Below the pieces are notes generated by a model. The model ran no database searches and was not told the DNA's origin. It saw only the letters and a program-made list of their open reading frames with translations. Made by a program: the position numbers and the translations under genes. DNA of 62,901 nt, counting the filler, from Octopus bimaculoides (lineage: Eukaryota), in the NCBI RefSeq assembly GCF_001194135.2. It is 8 parts of 8 records of this genome, joined end to end, with 100 filler letters (N's around TTAATTAATTAA, not from the genome) between each part and the next. Parts side by side here need not be neighbours in the genome. Positions count along the whole stretch, not along the records: positions 1 to 29,249 come from NC_068994.1; 7 more parts are not named here. One strand, 5' to 3'. Positions 1-13,751 of the stretch are shown here, piece after piece. Each line of letters starts with the position of its first letter. Position 1 is the stretch's first letter.

Positions 1-36
1 TATATATATATATATATAAATATATATATATATCAG

Positions 37-75
<39 letters not shown>

Positions 76-1324
76 GAATAAATAAAATATAATATATAAA
101 CGATGAGACATAAACACAAGTGTAGCCACGTACATTAACAGAAATATATATGTATTTATATTCAGGTGGGCATTTATAAGACTTGCTCTAATCCCGACTT
201 TGAAACGACTTCAAAATATTTTAATTAAGAATTCGCTGAAAACTTTGAGTGAGACCTTATACATGAAAGAACAGTGCGATAAACCAAGGTCTCCTGATAT
301 AGTCTTTGTCATACGCCAATTATGGTCCGTGAGTCATGTTCAGTAACTTCGACAGTCTATGAACGAGAGGAATTTCCGATACAGTGCTCTCCTGATTATG
401 AATAACTGTGCGCGCGTGCGCGTGTATGCGCAACAATGCTCGTGAAGCAGTGATGGGGGACAAACAAAAGGCGGCGGCGGTGGCGAACACTAGCATAGCT
501 GGTGGGGGTAGAAGCGGTTCGCCCCGGGCGGCACTTTTAATGGGGCACCACTTTTGGATCTGCTGTAGGCAATATGTGTTTTCTGTGGGATCCGGGGGTT
601 GGCAAACGGAAGGGCCGCCCCGAGTGGCGCACACTCTAGCTACGCTAGTGGCTAACGGCGCCGCCAGATCGCCGCTTTCAGAGAGAAGAATATATTTAAC
701 TGTTATTTCTATCAGGTCCGGCACTCATTTCGCTCGACGCTCGTCTTCTCTTGTCTGAAACAGAATCAGTGCATGTCAAATCTTGAATCCTTAGAAGCTG
801 TACAACATTATGGTTGTTGGGTAAACAGATTTAATATTTCAATATCAATTTCTTGCCTATCTTTTAGCGAACAATTACTGAATCGTTATGTCGATCACAA
901 TATCGTTATTTCAAATATATAATCAACAATCACTTTGTTGTATGCAAGAAAGCTCCGATTTGTATATATAGTTTATTAATTCTATCGCCATATTCCTTAC
1001 TAACAAAGCATCTATCATACGATATGTTTTCATCAATACCGATATAATTGCATCATAATTCACTGAAGCATGAGATTTCGCTTATATTTCATTTATGATA
1101 ATATTTTTCATAAGCATGTGCTCCCCTTAACGCTTACAGCTATTAAAGGAGATAATCGTTTCTGTAAAATTCAAAACAGGATTAGAAATTCGAAATTGAA
1201 ATTAGGAAATTGTATGGGAAAAATATGCATAAATACACGCGACCTCGTGGTTGCGAAGCAAACTTCTTAACCATTCGGCCATACACCGTCTACTCACACA
1301 AGTTATATATGTGTGTGTGTGTTC

Positions 1325-1355
<31 letters not shown>

Positions 1356-3635
1356 TATATATATATATAAGTATATATATATATANNNNNNNNNNNNNNN
1401 NNNNNNNNNNNNNNNNNNNNNNNNNNNNNNNNNNNNNNNNNNNNNNNNNNNNNNNNNNNNNNNNNNNNNNNNNNNNNNNNNNNNNNNNNNNNNNNNNNNN
1501 NNNNNNNNNNNNNNNNNNNNNNNNNNNNNNNNNNNNNNNNNNNNNNNNNNNNNNNNNNNNNNNNNNNNNNNNNNNNNNNNNNNNNNNNNNNNNNNNNNNN
1601 NNNNNNNNNNNNNNNNNNNNNNNNNNNNNNNNNNNNNNNNNNNNNNNNNNNNNNNNNNNNNNNNNNNNNNNNNNNNNNNNNNNNNNNNNNNNNNNNNNNN
1701 NNNNNNNNNNNNNNNNNNNNNNNNNNNNNNNNNNNNNNNNNNNNNNNNNNNNNNNNNNNNNNNNNNNNNNNNNNNNNNNNNNNNNNNNNNNNNNNNNNNN
1801 NNNNNNNNNNNNNNNNNNNNNNNNNNNNNNNNNNNNNNNNNNNNNNNNNNNNNNNNNNNNNNNNNNNNNNNNNNNNNNNNNNNNNNNNNNNNNNNNNNNN
1901 NNNNNNNNNNNNNNNNNNNNNNNNNNNNNNNNNNNNNNNNNNNNNNNNNNNNNNNNNNNNNNNNNNNNNNNNNNNNNNNNNNNNNNNNNNNNNNNNNNNN
2001 NNNNNNNNNNNNNNNNNNNNNNNNNNNNNNNNNNNNNNNNNATCACTAAAGTGAGTAATTATTGACTTTATCAAGAATAGAAATACACGGCTTGTTTGTC
2101 AAAAATATTTAAAGTTAATCGGTCGATAGGCTTAACTGGCTCTTGGGTGTCTTTTGAACAGTCAAATCCGTTGTAAGGATTCGAACCAGATCTATTGTGT
2201 GAGGACGATTCACTATCTTGATACATCGGTTCAAGTTTTCATGCATAGTGACCCTATTTCTGATAGGGTCTGTGGGAGAGGGGCTTGACCAACGGAGATC
2301 CGTCGTTAGACACGACATTAGCTCGGTCTGCGTTACAAATAACATCTCGGGAGGTGGCCCTTTTTTCTGGCTGGCTTACACATATTGATTGACTTTCAGC
2401 TGGGTTGTTTGCAGAAATTAAAGCAGGAGTTAGCAACAGTCCATGATCGTTGCTTTTTAGTCCAGTTTCAAAGACACTGCGAAGGTCAAACATAGAAACT
2501 GTCCTTCTTCCTTTAACCACGTCATAATGAAAAGGATTTCAGCTTCACGGCGAAACGCTAAGTTGACGATGTAAGATAGGGAAAATAATTGTCCCTGTGT
2601 GATTGTTAAAAGGAATGAAATGAACTGAAATAATGAATTAAATAAGAAATATCATTATAAATGAAATATAACCGTATTGCATATATCAGGGAATGATTGG
2701 TGCAATTATATTGGGATTGATGAAAACATCGTATGATGGGTGCTTTGTTAGCAAGGAATATGGCCACAGGATTAATAAACTATGTATACATGAATCGGAG
2801 CTCACTGCATATAACAAAGTAATTGTTGATTACGTATTTGCAACAGTGATATTACAATCAACATAACGATTTACTAATTGTTTGCTGAGAGATAGGCAAG
2901 AAATTGACACTGAAGTGTTAAATCTGTTTACTCAACAACCAGAATGTTCTTACAATTTCCTTTGGTTTTCAGATTTGACAATGACTTACCTTAATTCACG
3001 CATCAGAGGCAGCGGTCTTGCTAGAGAGAAATGGAAGTAACATTTACAAAATAAAAATGTTTGCCAACTTTTGTGATCTACAACAGTTCACTAACAGTTC
3101 ATGGACTGTCGATTTCAATTCACAATTGTTATGTTGCAGGATTGTTCTGGGTTTTGAAGTCTGAGGCCCAGAACCTTTACTTCAAAAGGGTGTTGTTTCT
3201 TTTAATCAGTTCCCAGTCAGATTATGAACGACAGCGTACATTCTGTGATCGAGAAGGCATAAAAAATACAAAACTTTTCACTCCAAATGTGTGGCAAAGT
3301 AACATTCGTAGTACTACAAGCAAGTGTATTAATTATTGCCGAAGCAGGCTCTCATCCGTTTCATTGAAGTCCGAGAATTTACTTTATTTGAATATTAAGT
3401 ACGCAGTCCATCTCTTATCATTCCACATGTTACGCTAGACAAGCTATAGATTATATATATATAAAAAAAAATGAAGTGAAACCAAAAGAAAAAAACTAAA
3501 TGCAACAGAAAATCGTTCACAGGCATAAATACATAATAAAAGAACAAGTGAATTGCTTTGAGATATAGCAGGCTGTAATAGATAGCACTGTAAAAGTTCA
3601 CTGGAATATTGACCACATAAAGTACTTTACACACA

Positions 3636-3680
<45 letters not shown>

Positions 3681-3819
3681 GGGTGTGTGAGCGTGCTTCA
3701 TTCAGTAGACTTCTGTTGATACTGGATCAAATAATCTTTCCTGTGATATAATAATATCGGCAAAGTATAAATATTGAACGGAGCCTTTCTTATATGTATG
3801 TATCTATGCATATATATAA

Positions 3820-3850
<31 letters not shown>

Positions 3851-4786
3851 TTTATATACACACACACACATATATATATACACATACACATGTACATATA
3901 TATTATCTATATATATATAAAGTATCTCTGTCTGTTCCCAATGCATTCTCAAACGGCTCAGCCAAATCAAATCAAATTTTACATGGTAATATTATGAGAC
4001 CCCCAAGAGTGTTAACATGTAATTTTGGGGGATTAATTTACACTGCATACAAAAATACAGACATACTATATACATCTACACACACATACCTGACGACTGA
4101 CATGCGTGAAGCGAGGGCTGGCCAGTGTCAGCACACACACATCTACACGTACATATACATACCTGACGACTTGATTTTTTTATTAACTACACAGGGTCGA
4201 AACACAGAAGGGACAGCACAAGGACAGACAAAACACAAAAGTGGGGAAAAAGTAAAATCGAATAAAAAGAATGGTAATGATAAATGAAAAGGTGGAATGA
4301 TGTCTACTCGAACCCCACACTCCAATTAACGTCATTAAACATTTTTAGAAAAAAAAATTTTAACACGTGTTATTTTATTTTTGTCTCTTTCTCCTTGCTA
4401 TGTGTTGCTTGTGTTATAGACACGGTGGACGACTGATATGATGAAATGCAGTCTGGCCAGTGTCAATACGAAATTTTATTTTCATTTCCATTAAAACAAT
4501 ACATATTTACTGTTCCATTACCAGTTAATAATTATTGCAGCAGTTGCAAGGCTGCAAGGTAAAATATAAAATTCTTTGTCTCTCTGTAATAATCATTGTG
4601 TCATTTACCAATAAATGAGCAGTTCCATACATGTGCTTCTATTTCGTTCATTTGCATCTATTTCGTTAATTTACACCGCATACAAAAATACAGACATACT
4701 ATATACATACAACTACTTACAAAAATAGAGATTAATGTATATTTTTTTCTATGTTCATAATTTTTTGTTTACAATATTGAACAAAT

Positions 4787-5955
4787 ATGACGCCGAAGAA
4801 AAGACGTAATCTCTCCAGAAACATGTATAAAGCGAGGACGATTGCAGAAAATCGAAGGCGAGAGTCTCAACAGAGAAGGGAGACGAGACTTTCTCAAAAT
4901 CAGCAGAGGCATGCTGCAGCACGTCAAATGGAGTCTCAAGAGAGAAGGGAGATGAGACTTTCCCAAGATCAGTTAAGGCATGCTGCAATACTTAATGCTG
5001 AATCATTAGAGCAACGTTTAGCACGCCAGATTAGACAGAGTTCCAATACAACAGTTCTCAAAAATAGACCACATGTAAATTCGTTCTTCACAACTCCAGG
5101 AGCTGCTTTGAGATATGATCCATTCCATTCTTATAAAAATGATAATTTTGTGCAAATTGGTGTGTTACACTCAAATTGTCGTTTCTGCAAAGCTTTCAAG
5201 TTTCCAAATGAAACTAATGGCATGTGCTGCTCGGGCGGTAAGGTAAGATTGCAAACACTACCAGCTCCTCCTCAACCTCTTATGGATCTTCTGGAAGGCA
5301 CTTCCATCCAGTCAAAGAATTTTCTGAACAATATCAGACAATACAACTCTGCATTTCAAATGACACCGTTTGGTGCATCTAAGGAGATAGTTGAACATGG
5401 ATTTATCCTGACATTCAAAGTTCAAGGGCAAGTCTATCATCTCATTAGTTCCCTGTTACCCACAATTAAACAACCAAAGTTCCTCCAGATTTACTTTATG
5501 AGTGACGTAGGGCAGCAAACCCAAAGGGGGTGTCAAAACTTCAGAAATTTGGATCTAAAAATTGTTCACCAATTTCAAAATATATTACATGACAACAATA
5601 CCCTGGTTGAAGCCTTTAAACCAATTATTGAACAACAACCTCAAGGTGATTATCAAATTGTTATCCGCGCTGACAAACTACCTCATAGTCAACATGTACG
5701 TCGTTTTAATGAGCCCACATCTAATGAAGTAGCCATCGTTATGGTAGCTAATCCCCATGACAATCGTAATATTCTCATTCATGCTCGAGATGGAAACCTT
5801 AAACGTGTTTCAGAGACTCATCCCTCTTATGATGCTGCTCTCCAGTATCCTCTTATTTTGGGGTATCATTTCAATATTTCACAGATTCAACCTGCAACAG
5901 GAGAGCCAATCACAAACAAAAAGATGTCGTCGAATGACTTCTATTCTATAAGGAA
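4787..5955 (+). mobile_element. 3'-truncated Helitron RepHel ORF (N-terminal part only)
   Basis: ORF 4787-6010 carries typical Helitron N-terminal motifs: CxxC(RFCKAFKF)..E..GMCCSGGKV, FLNNIRQYNSAFQMT, FKVQGQVYH, PKFLQIYF, RRFNEPTSNEVA, VSETHPSYDA.LQYPL. Homology ends near SSNDFYS (~5950). No Rep catalytic motifs or PIF1 helicase are present. Confidence 0.9.
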
Positions 5956-6224
5956 AGAAAGAGTGTTTTTATTCTCTAATAATTTCAGCCATCGGCTGAA
6001 GCTACAATGAGGCGCCGGCATGATGTCTATCTCAGCATTACGCTTGGTATTTGATGAGCAAAAGAGTTCGACGGTGCCACTATAAGGAATGCCCAAATTC
6101 TTCTTGATTAAAGTGTTGGCATAGAGTCCAGATGTATTCCTTACGATTTGAGCAAGAACGTTAAAGATCTATAGACTCTTAGAACCCATGCTTCACAGTT
6201 CAATGTTTTCATTCGAGATGGCTG

Positions 6225-6503
6225 GCTGGCTGGCTGGCTGACTGGCTGGCTGGCTGACTGGCTGGCTGGCTGGCTGGGTGGCTGGATGGATGGATGGATG
6301 GATGGGTGGGAGGGTGCATAGGCAGAGTACGTAGGTTGGTAGGTAGGTAGGTAGGTATGTGAATATATTGACAGATATACCTGCGCACATTATGTATGTA
6401 AATATGTATGTATGTATGTACGTACGTACGTACGTAGACAGACAGACAGACAAATAGACAAACAGACAGACAGACAAACAAACAAACAGACAGACAGACA
6501 GGC

Positions 6504-6540
<37 letters not shown>

Positions 6541-6670
6541 TATAGATAGATAGATAGATAGAGAGATAGAATGTTGGATGGTTTGGTTGGTAGTTATATA
6601 AATAGTTACGTAGCTAGAGGTGCAAATAAGTAGATACGTATGCATGCATGTATGTATGTATATATGTATG

Positions 6671-6704
<34 letters not shown>

Positions 6705-6780
6705 TGTATGTATTCCTGTGTGTGTAGGTAGGTAAATAACTAGTTAGATAGATAGATAGATAGATAGATAATAAATTGCG
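6225..6780. repeat. Compound tetranucleotide microsatellite
   Basis: (GGCT)n, (GGAT)n, (GGTA)n, (GTAT)n, (GTAC)n, (GACA)n, (GATA)n in succession. Confidence 0.95.
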
Positions 6781-7042
6781 AGGAAAATAGATAAAAATTA
6801 ATTAATTGATTAGTAGGTTAATATTAAGTGAACAATTTTCATTTTTCCACCAATGCGAAAATTGGTTGTCAAAAAATGCTATTTCAACAAATTTATGCTT
6901 CACGATATAACGACGTTCATAACAAAACGGTGATGATTATAATAAACGAAGCAAATAGCAAGACATAAAATACTCGGACACAAAGTTAAGTGTGTGTGTT
7001 TGTGTGTTTGTGTATATAAACATTATACACATATCTGTAGGC

Positions 7043-7096
<54 letters not shown>

Positions 7097-7216
7097 AAGG
7101 ACAGCCAAACATACACATACTCACAAATACATATATACACAGTCCTTTAAACCGACAGACTGACATACACAAATATCATATATATATATATATATACACA
7201 CACATATTTATATACA

Positions 7217-7259
<43 letters not shown>

Positions 7260-7392
7260 TTATATATATATATATGAATGCATATATATTTTATACATAT
7301 GTGTGTGTGTATGTTTGTATCTTAGTATGAATGCATCTGTCTGTATAAGTCTGTATATATGTGTGTGTGTGTGTATGTATTATACACACACA

Positions 7393-7506
<114 letters not shown>

Positions 7507-9797
7507 ACCACACACACACATATGCGTATATATAATCAGGAATAAAGTAGTTACATATATAAAACATTAAATGTGCATACTCGATCATGAAAGAATGACA
7601 TCGCTACATCAACCCCCACCTCCAGCAATCCCATCTCTGCAATCACCAATGCGACGACGACGACCACCACCACCACCATCACCACCCGCCTCCGCCACCA
7701 CTAGAACCAGAACCACAGCTACAAGCAGAACGGCAATAGCTTCTTTGAGAATGCTGTTGTCAGCATCCTTCGGGAGCTGTAATTTTTTTTCCTTTTTCTT
7801 TTTTTTTTTTTTTTTTTTTTTTTTTTCTTGTGAGACCTAAGTGATGTCTAAAGTTAATGAGATGGCATTATTTACTGCATTTAATTAAGTCTGATTTAGA
7901 GTAACATTACCACCACTCCCGCTACCACCACAACCACAACCATAACACTTAATTACTTTATTTACAAATCGTTACTTCAACTTTTATATAATCCGCGACC
8001 AGAAGCAACGCTTACACTTGGCACTAAATTAAAAGAGCTACGACAGTTGCAACGAGGAAGCCTGCCGTATTACGCTGTTACTCAACTGGCTTGTAATAAT
8101 AGCTAAATATACTTCAAATTGCACGTTGCTGTCATGTAAAACGAAGGACACCAATGAATAAATCGCAATACCCAAGAGAAAGATGGGTTAAATGAGATAC
8201 GATGGGATGTTTATGATCGAGATTATTTTATATCATAGGTCTGTCCGGTGTGGACTGACCTGGGGTTAAAGGACGTGAGCAATAAAATAACTGGAAATGA
8301 ATAGCTGCAACTTTATTTGAGATAAATAAAAAAAAAAGAAATGCAATCAGAGCAAATACTTGTATAATGGAAATAAATTGCTACTTCATGTAGCTGAAAC
8401 AAGTAGCTAGCTCTTTTATTTGAAATAAATTGCTACATGTGGATAAGGTAAAATAGCTACATGTGGATAAGGTAAATAGCTAATACTTCTATTTGAGATA
8501 AACAACAAAGACACCTGTTATGTTATACTTGTCTTAGTCACTGGATTGCGCCACGTTGGGGCGGTTTTAAGGATTTTAGTCGAATAAATCGGCAAACCGA
8601 CCGAGTACAGTTTTTTTTTCTGGTTTGGTACTTATTCTATCAGTCTCTTACGGAACCGCCAGGTTACGGCGATGTGAACAAAACAACACCGGTTGTCAAG
8701 AAGTGTGGTAGACAAACGAACACCGACACACACACGTATATAATCACACACGCACACACACCTACACGTACACATATATATTCCACAGTTTTCGTCTACC
8801 AAACTCACTCACAAGGCATTGGTCGGTCCAAGGGTATAATAGAAGCCACTTGTCCAAGGTGTAACGCATAAAGCAAATACCTAACACTTATTTAAAATAA
8901 ATTGCCACGAGATGTCGCTGAAACAGCCGGCTAGTACTTTATGTGTATATCTCTCTCATTCTCTGGCGGCCATCAGCTAAGGCTCTGAGGAGATGTTGAA
9001 GGGAATCCGTTTCAGTAGGTGCTTCACTCTTAACCCATATATGAAGGTTTGTCAGACTTGGTAATGTATCCTTGACAACTTAGATAAAAAAATTGATGCG
9101 CTAGAGATCTAACCAAGTGACGCTCTGCTGCTGTATGTTGATCCACCTTTCTCAAGCTTCTTGTTGGCTGAATTCCACCATCTTCAAATAGACAACAAGC
9201 GTAGCTTAACCGATCACTTTATAGTAAGTAATAACAAGTGAATTTCCCTCAAATTCAGACCTAGTCTCACGTAAGAAAAATGATACATTATACAATGCAT
9301 TCCTAGATTATACGAAAAGACAGGATGGTCTTGGTTTGAACGCCTTTGATCACTGGTCGATTTGAACAATAACTAGAAAACACACATGGCAGCCGACATA
9401 ACTAAATAAACAAAAATAAATAGTAGAGGTTAAGAACTACTACAAAAAGTATATAAAAATATACTAACATACGAAGAACTCACGTGAAAAGTTAACACAA
9501 TTTAGCAGATAAATAACACTGATTTAGCTAAAACAAAACAGTTATCAGATACATCTAGACAATACACACCGTTCAGGCAATTAGAAGAGAAAACAAATGG
9601 AAAGTGAAGGCGATCAGTGAAGACGATCTTGATCGACAGACGACATCGTAGCCGAGACAGGTAACGACATGTTTAGCTATTAAAAATACCCAATGCACGC
9701 AGCAGATACAATAGCTGAAAGAAACATCTAAGACAATAGCGAACACATAAAAGAACAAAATCTAAAATCCAGCAAAACACACACACAAACACACACA

Positions 9798-9863
<66 letters not shown>

Positions 9864-10242
9864 NNNNNNNNNNNNNNNNNNNNNNNNNNNNNNNNNNNNN
9901 NNNNNNNNNNNNNNNNNNNNNNNNNNNNNNNNNNNNNNNNNNNNNNNNNNNNNNNNNNNNNNNNNNNNNNNNNNNNNNNNNNNNNNNNNNNNNNNNNNNN
10001 NNNNNNNNNNNNNNNNNNNNNNNNNNNNNNNNNNNNNNNNNNNNNNNNNNNNNNNNNNNNNNNNNNNNNNNNNNNNNNNNNNNNNNNNNNNNNNNNNNNN
10101 NNNNNNNNNNNNNNNNNNNNNNNNNNNNNNNNNNNNNNNNNNNNNNNNNNNNNNNNNNNNNNNNNNNNNNNNNNNNNNNNNNNNNNNNNNNNNNNNNNNN
10201 NNNNNNNNNNNNNNNNNNNNNNNNNNNNNNNNNNNNNNNNNN

Positions 10243-10279
<37 letters not shown>

Positions 10280-12047
10280 TACATACACAGTAAATAAAAT
10301 GTGGCAAAAATAGTTACAGAATAAGTTCATATGTGACTGTTTATTGTTGTGCAAGCCTCAGGTTATCCGTAATAGAATACACCTATGTAGTCTCGATTAA
10401 TTAAAGTTTATCACCATGATCGGGCACAGTAAGTAAAGTTAGCACTCATTTCACTATTTATCTTCCATGCGACTGGATATTCCTTTAAGGTATTTACGTT
10501 TGTTTTGTCACACCAGAATATGGTACACGTTTGTATATGTATAAACATTTCTCATCTCAATTGATCTTACAGATATGTGATTGATTCTGCATTGCTGAAG
10601 AAGTATTTTGAAAACAAGAAGAAGAAAAAGAGAGAGAGAGAAAAACATGAAACATGTCCGGAGTTAGAGTGAAGAGCAAACTGTTTTGAAGAATTTGTTC
10701 CTGTTCCCTGAGTTCAAGTTTCGCCCGGTTCGAGCCAGTAGTTTCGGGAGAGGGGACAACCCGATTATATCGACACCAGTGTTCAACAGGTACTTCCTTT
10801 ATCGACCCCGAAAGGATGAAAGACGAAGTAGGCCTTGGCGGAATTTGACATCACAGCATAAAGACGGTTTCAACTGAATCGGCTTGCCTGATTTGCATGA
10901 TGTTACATGTGCTAACAACGTAGATTACATATATATAGATATAAGATATATAGGTAACTAAATGTTGCTTAAGTGTCTCACGATTTAATTCCGAGATAAT
11001 AAGTCGTATGTAGAAGACTTCAAGTTATAAATGGTTTAACAACATCCCGAACGTTCGTCTCCTTATTCAATATTTTCCTATATATATACATACATACTTA
11101 CATACGTATGTATGTATGTATGTANNNNNNNNNNNNNNNNNNNNNNNNNNNNNNNNNNNNNNNNNNNNNNNNNNNNNNNNNNNNNNNNNNNNNNNNNNNN
11201 NNNNNNNNNNNNNNNNNNNNNNNNNNNNNNNNNNNNNNNNNNNNNNNNNNNNNNNNNNNNNNNNNNNNNNNNNNNNNNNNNNNNNNNNNNNNNNNNNNNN
11301 NNNNNNNNNNNNNNNNNNNNNNNNNNNNNNNNNNNNNNNNNNNNNNNNNNNNNNNNNNNNNNNNNNNNNNNNNNNNNNNNNNNNNNNNNNNNNNNNNNNN
11401 NNNNNNNNNNNNNNNNNNNNNNNNNNNNNNNNNNNNNNNNNNNNNNNNNNNNNNNNNNNNNNNNNNNNNNNNNNNNNNNNNNNNNNNNNNNNNNNNNNNN
11501 NNNNNNNNNNNNNNNNNNNNNNNNNNNNNNNNNNNNNNNNNNNNNNNNNNNNNNNNNNNNNNNNNNNNNNNNNNNNNNNNNNNNNNNNNNNNNNNNNNNN
11601 NNNNNNNNNNNNNNNNNNNNNNNNNNNNNNNNNNNNNNNNNNNNNNNNNNNNNNNNNNNNNNNNNNNNNNNNNNNNNNNNNNNNNNNNNNNNNNNNNNNN
11701 NNNNNNNNNNNNNNNNNNNNNNNNNNNNNNNNNNNNNNNNNNNNNNNNNNNNNNNNNNNNNNNNNNNNNNNNNNNNNNNNNNNNNNNNNNNNNNNNNNNN
11801 NNNNNNNNNNNNNNNNNNNNNNNNNNNNNNNNNNNNNNNNNNNNNNNNNNNNNNNNNNNNNNNNNNNNNNNNNNNNNNNNNNNNNNNNNNNNNNNNNNNN
11901 NNNNNNNNNNNNNNNNNNNNNNNNNNNNNNNNNNNNNNNNNNNNNNNNNNNNNNNNNNNNNNNNNNNNNNNNNNNNNNNNNNNNNNNNNNNNNNNNNNNN
12001 NNNNNNNNNNNNNNNNNNNNNNNNNNNNNNNNNNNNNNNNNNNNNNN

Positions 12048-12099
<52 letters not shown>

Positions 12100-12959
12100 C
12101 ACGTTTCGAATCATTAATATTTTATGATAAAATATAAATCTAGCCTTAGTGATAAGACGAAAGAATATAGAGAATATGTAAGTATATACATACATACTTA
12201 CATACGTATGTATGTATGTATGTATGTATGTATGTATGTAGCTGTATTGTCAGGAGTGTACAGGCAGAGAAGGAGATTTACAGGAAAAATTAAAAGACAA
12301 ATCTGCACAATTCTGATCCCTACATCAGGCAATTGAAAATCATAACAATTTCGGTACAAAAAGCAATTCTGTTCGTTCCAACGAGACACTCGACCCATTG
12401 ATGTTGCGATGGTACAGACGAGTGTGAGTGAAAAACGACCGAAGGCAAAATAAACTGCATGAAAAACGATTGAAGGTGCAATAGACTGTGTACAGCGCCC
12501 CATTTGAGATGCAAAAGAACAAAATAAAACATAGAAGTGGGGTCATAACGTACTAACTTCCTATTTTGACAATAGATAAAGTAACGCGTGGAGGACAGCA
12601 GTAGAGAGTCTTACAGGCTTAAATAACAAACCGAGACGAAAACAGATACCTAATCACTGAGAAAAAGCGGAGACCAAATATATTCGCCAGACATGGTATG
12701 TTTCTGGAAGCCATACATCTGTAAACATATATGCTCGTGTATCTCCCTCGTCACCAGATTGTAGAAAGGCTCGCATGAAGAAGAAAGCGGAATTTGTACA
12801 AAAGGCACAAACACGAAGCAATATCGTAAAATTATCTATGATTATTAATATATGTTCTCTTTGCATATGAAACTTTTACGTAAGCGCGATTGGCTCCTAG
12901 AAGCGTACCGTGTCCAGAAAATATACATGATATGTATTTGTTTTAATGTATGTAACATG

Positions 12960-13190
12960 CAAGGCAGCGAATTGGCAGAATCGTTAGCACGCCGGGCGCA
13001 ATACTTAGCCGTATTTCGTCTGCCTTTACGTTCTGAGTTCAAATTCCGCCGAGGTTGACTTAGTCGTTCATTTTCTTCGAGGCAAATAATATAAGTACCA
13101 GTTGAGTAATGGAGTCGATTACATCGACTCCCCTCCCCACCACCGCGGAACTGCTGGCCTTGTACCAAACTTTGAAACGAATATGTATAT
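12960..13190 (+). mobile_element. tRNA-derived SINE family A (representative copy)
   Basis: TGGCAGAATCGTTAGC A-box region, GAGTTCAAATTCC B-box, AAGTACCAGTT..GTCGAT..ATCGAC body. Other copies at approx. 10690-10870(-), 20728-20950, 27385-27450, 28555-28790, 31140-31320, 32730-32945, 32980-33085, 44790-44950, 47810-47962(-), 62035-62175. Confidence 0.8.
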
Positions 13191-13751
13191 AACGTCTTTA
13201 CTTTTATATATATAATATATACTATAATATATACACATACTTACAACCACACACACACGTATATATATATTTCTTTTGATTCACCAAAAAACGATAACTT
13301 GTAGAACTCAGTACACCAATTCGTAAATCTTGTAAAATCTAGAATATTCTTTAATACATAACTGAAAGTGTCATAATTACCATTACTTTGAAATTTTTTT
13401 ATCCTACTTTTTTCTTCCTTGAGTTGACTGATGTTTGAATATATTTTAAAACGTTGTACAGAAGCTATCGATAAAACATTTCTAATTCTTTTTTAAGAGA
13501 TGGTGTGAGCGGCACCTATAAACTAGGCTGTTTCAAGCTCACGTTTTTCATTTCATTGGGAAAAGTCCAAACTATTCCCAATGAATAGTCCAAACGTCTT
13601 TTCTTTTTCTTTTCTTTTTGTGACTTAAACCTCATGCAAGGGAATTCACTCCAAGAACTTACTTTCTTCTGAAATTCCATTTTATAACCAATTTATTTTT
13701 TGAAGACACTTCGAAACTAACCAGGATTTTTTCTCTGAACCAGATCGACAT

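Noticed and set aside
2973-3036. Splice-like signals on both strands (+ acceptor at 2972; - strand 31-nt exon 2990-3020) and a - strand candidate at 3679-3741
   Set aside because: I could not join them into a stop-free recognisable frame; such motifs arise by chance in AT-rich DNA.
7571-7840. Pro/Thr-rich ORF
   Set aside because: Low-complexity CCA/CGA repeats ending in poly-T; no domain evidence.
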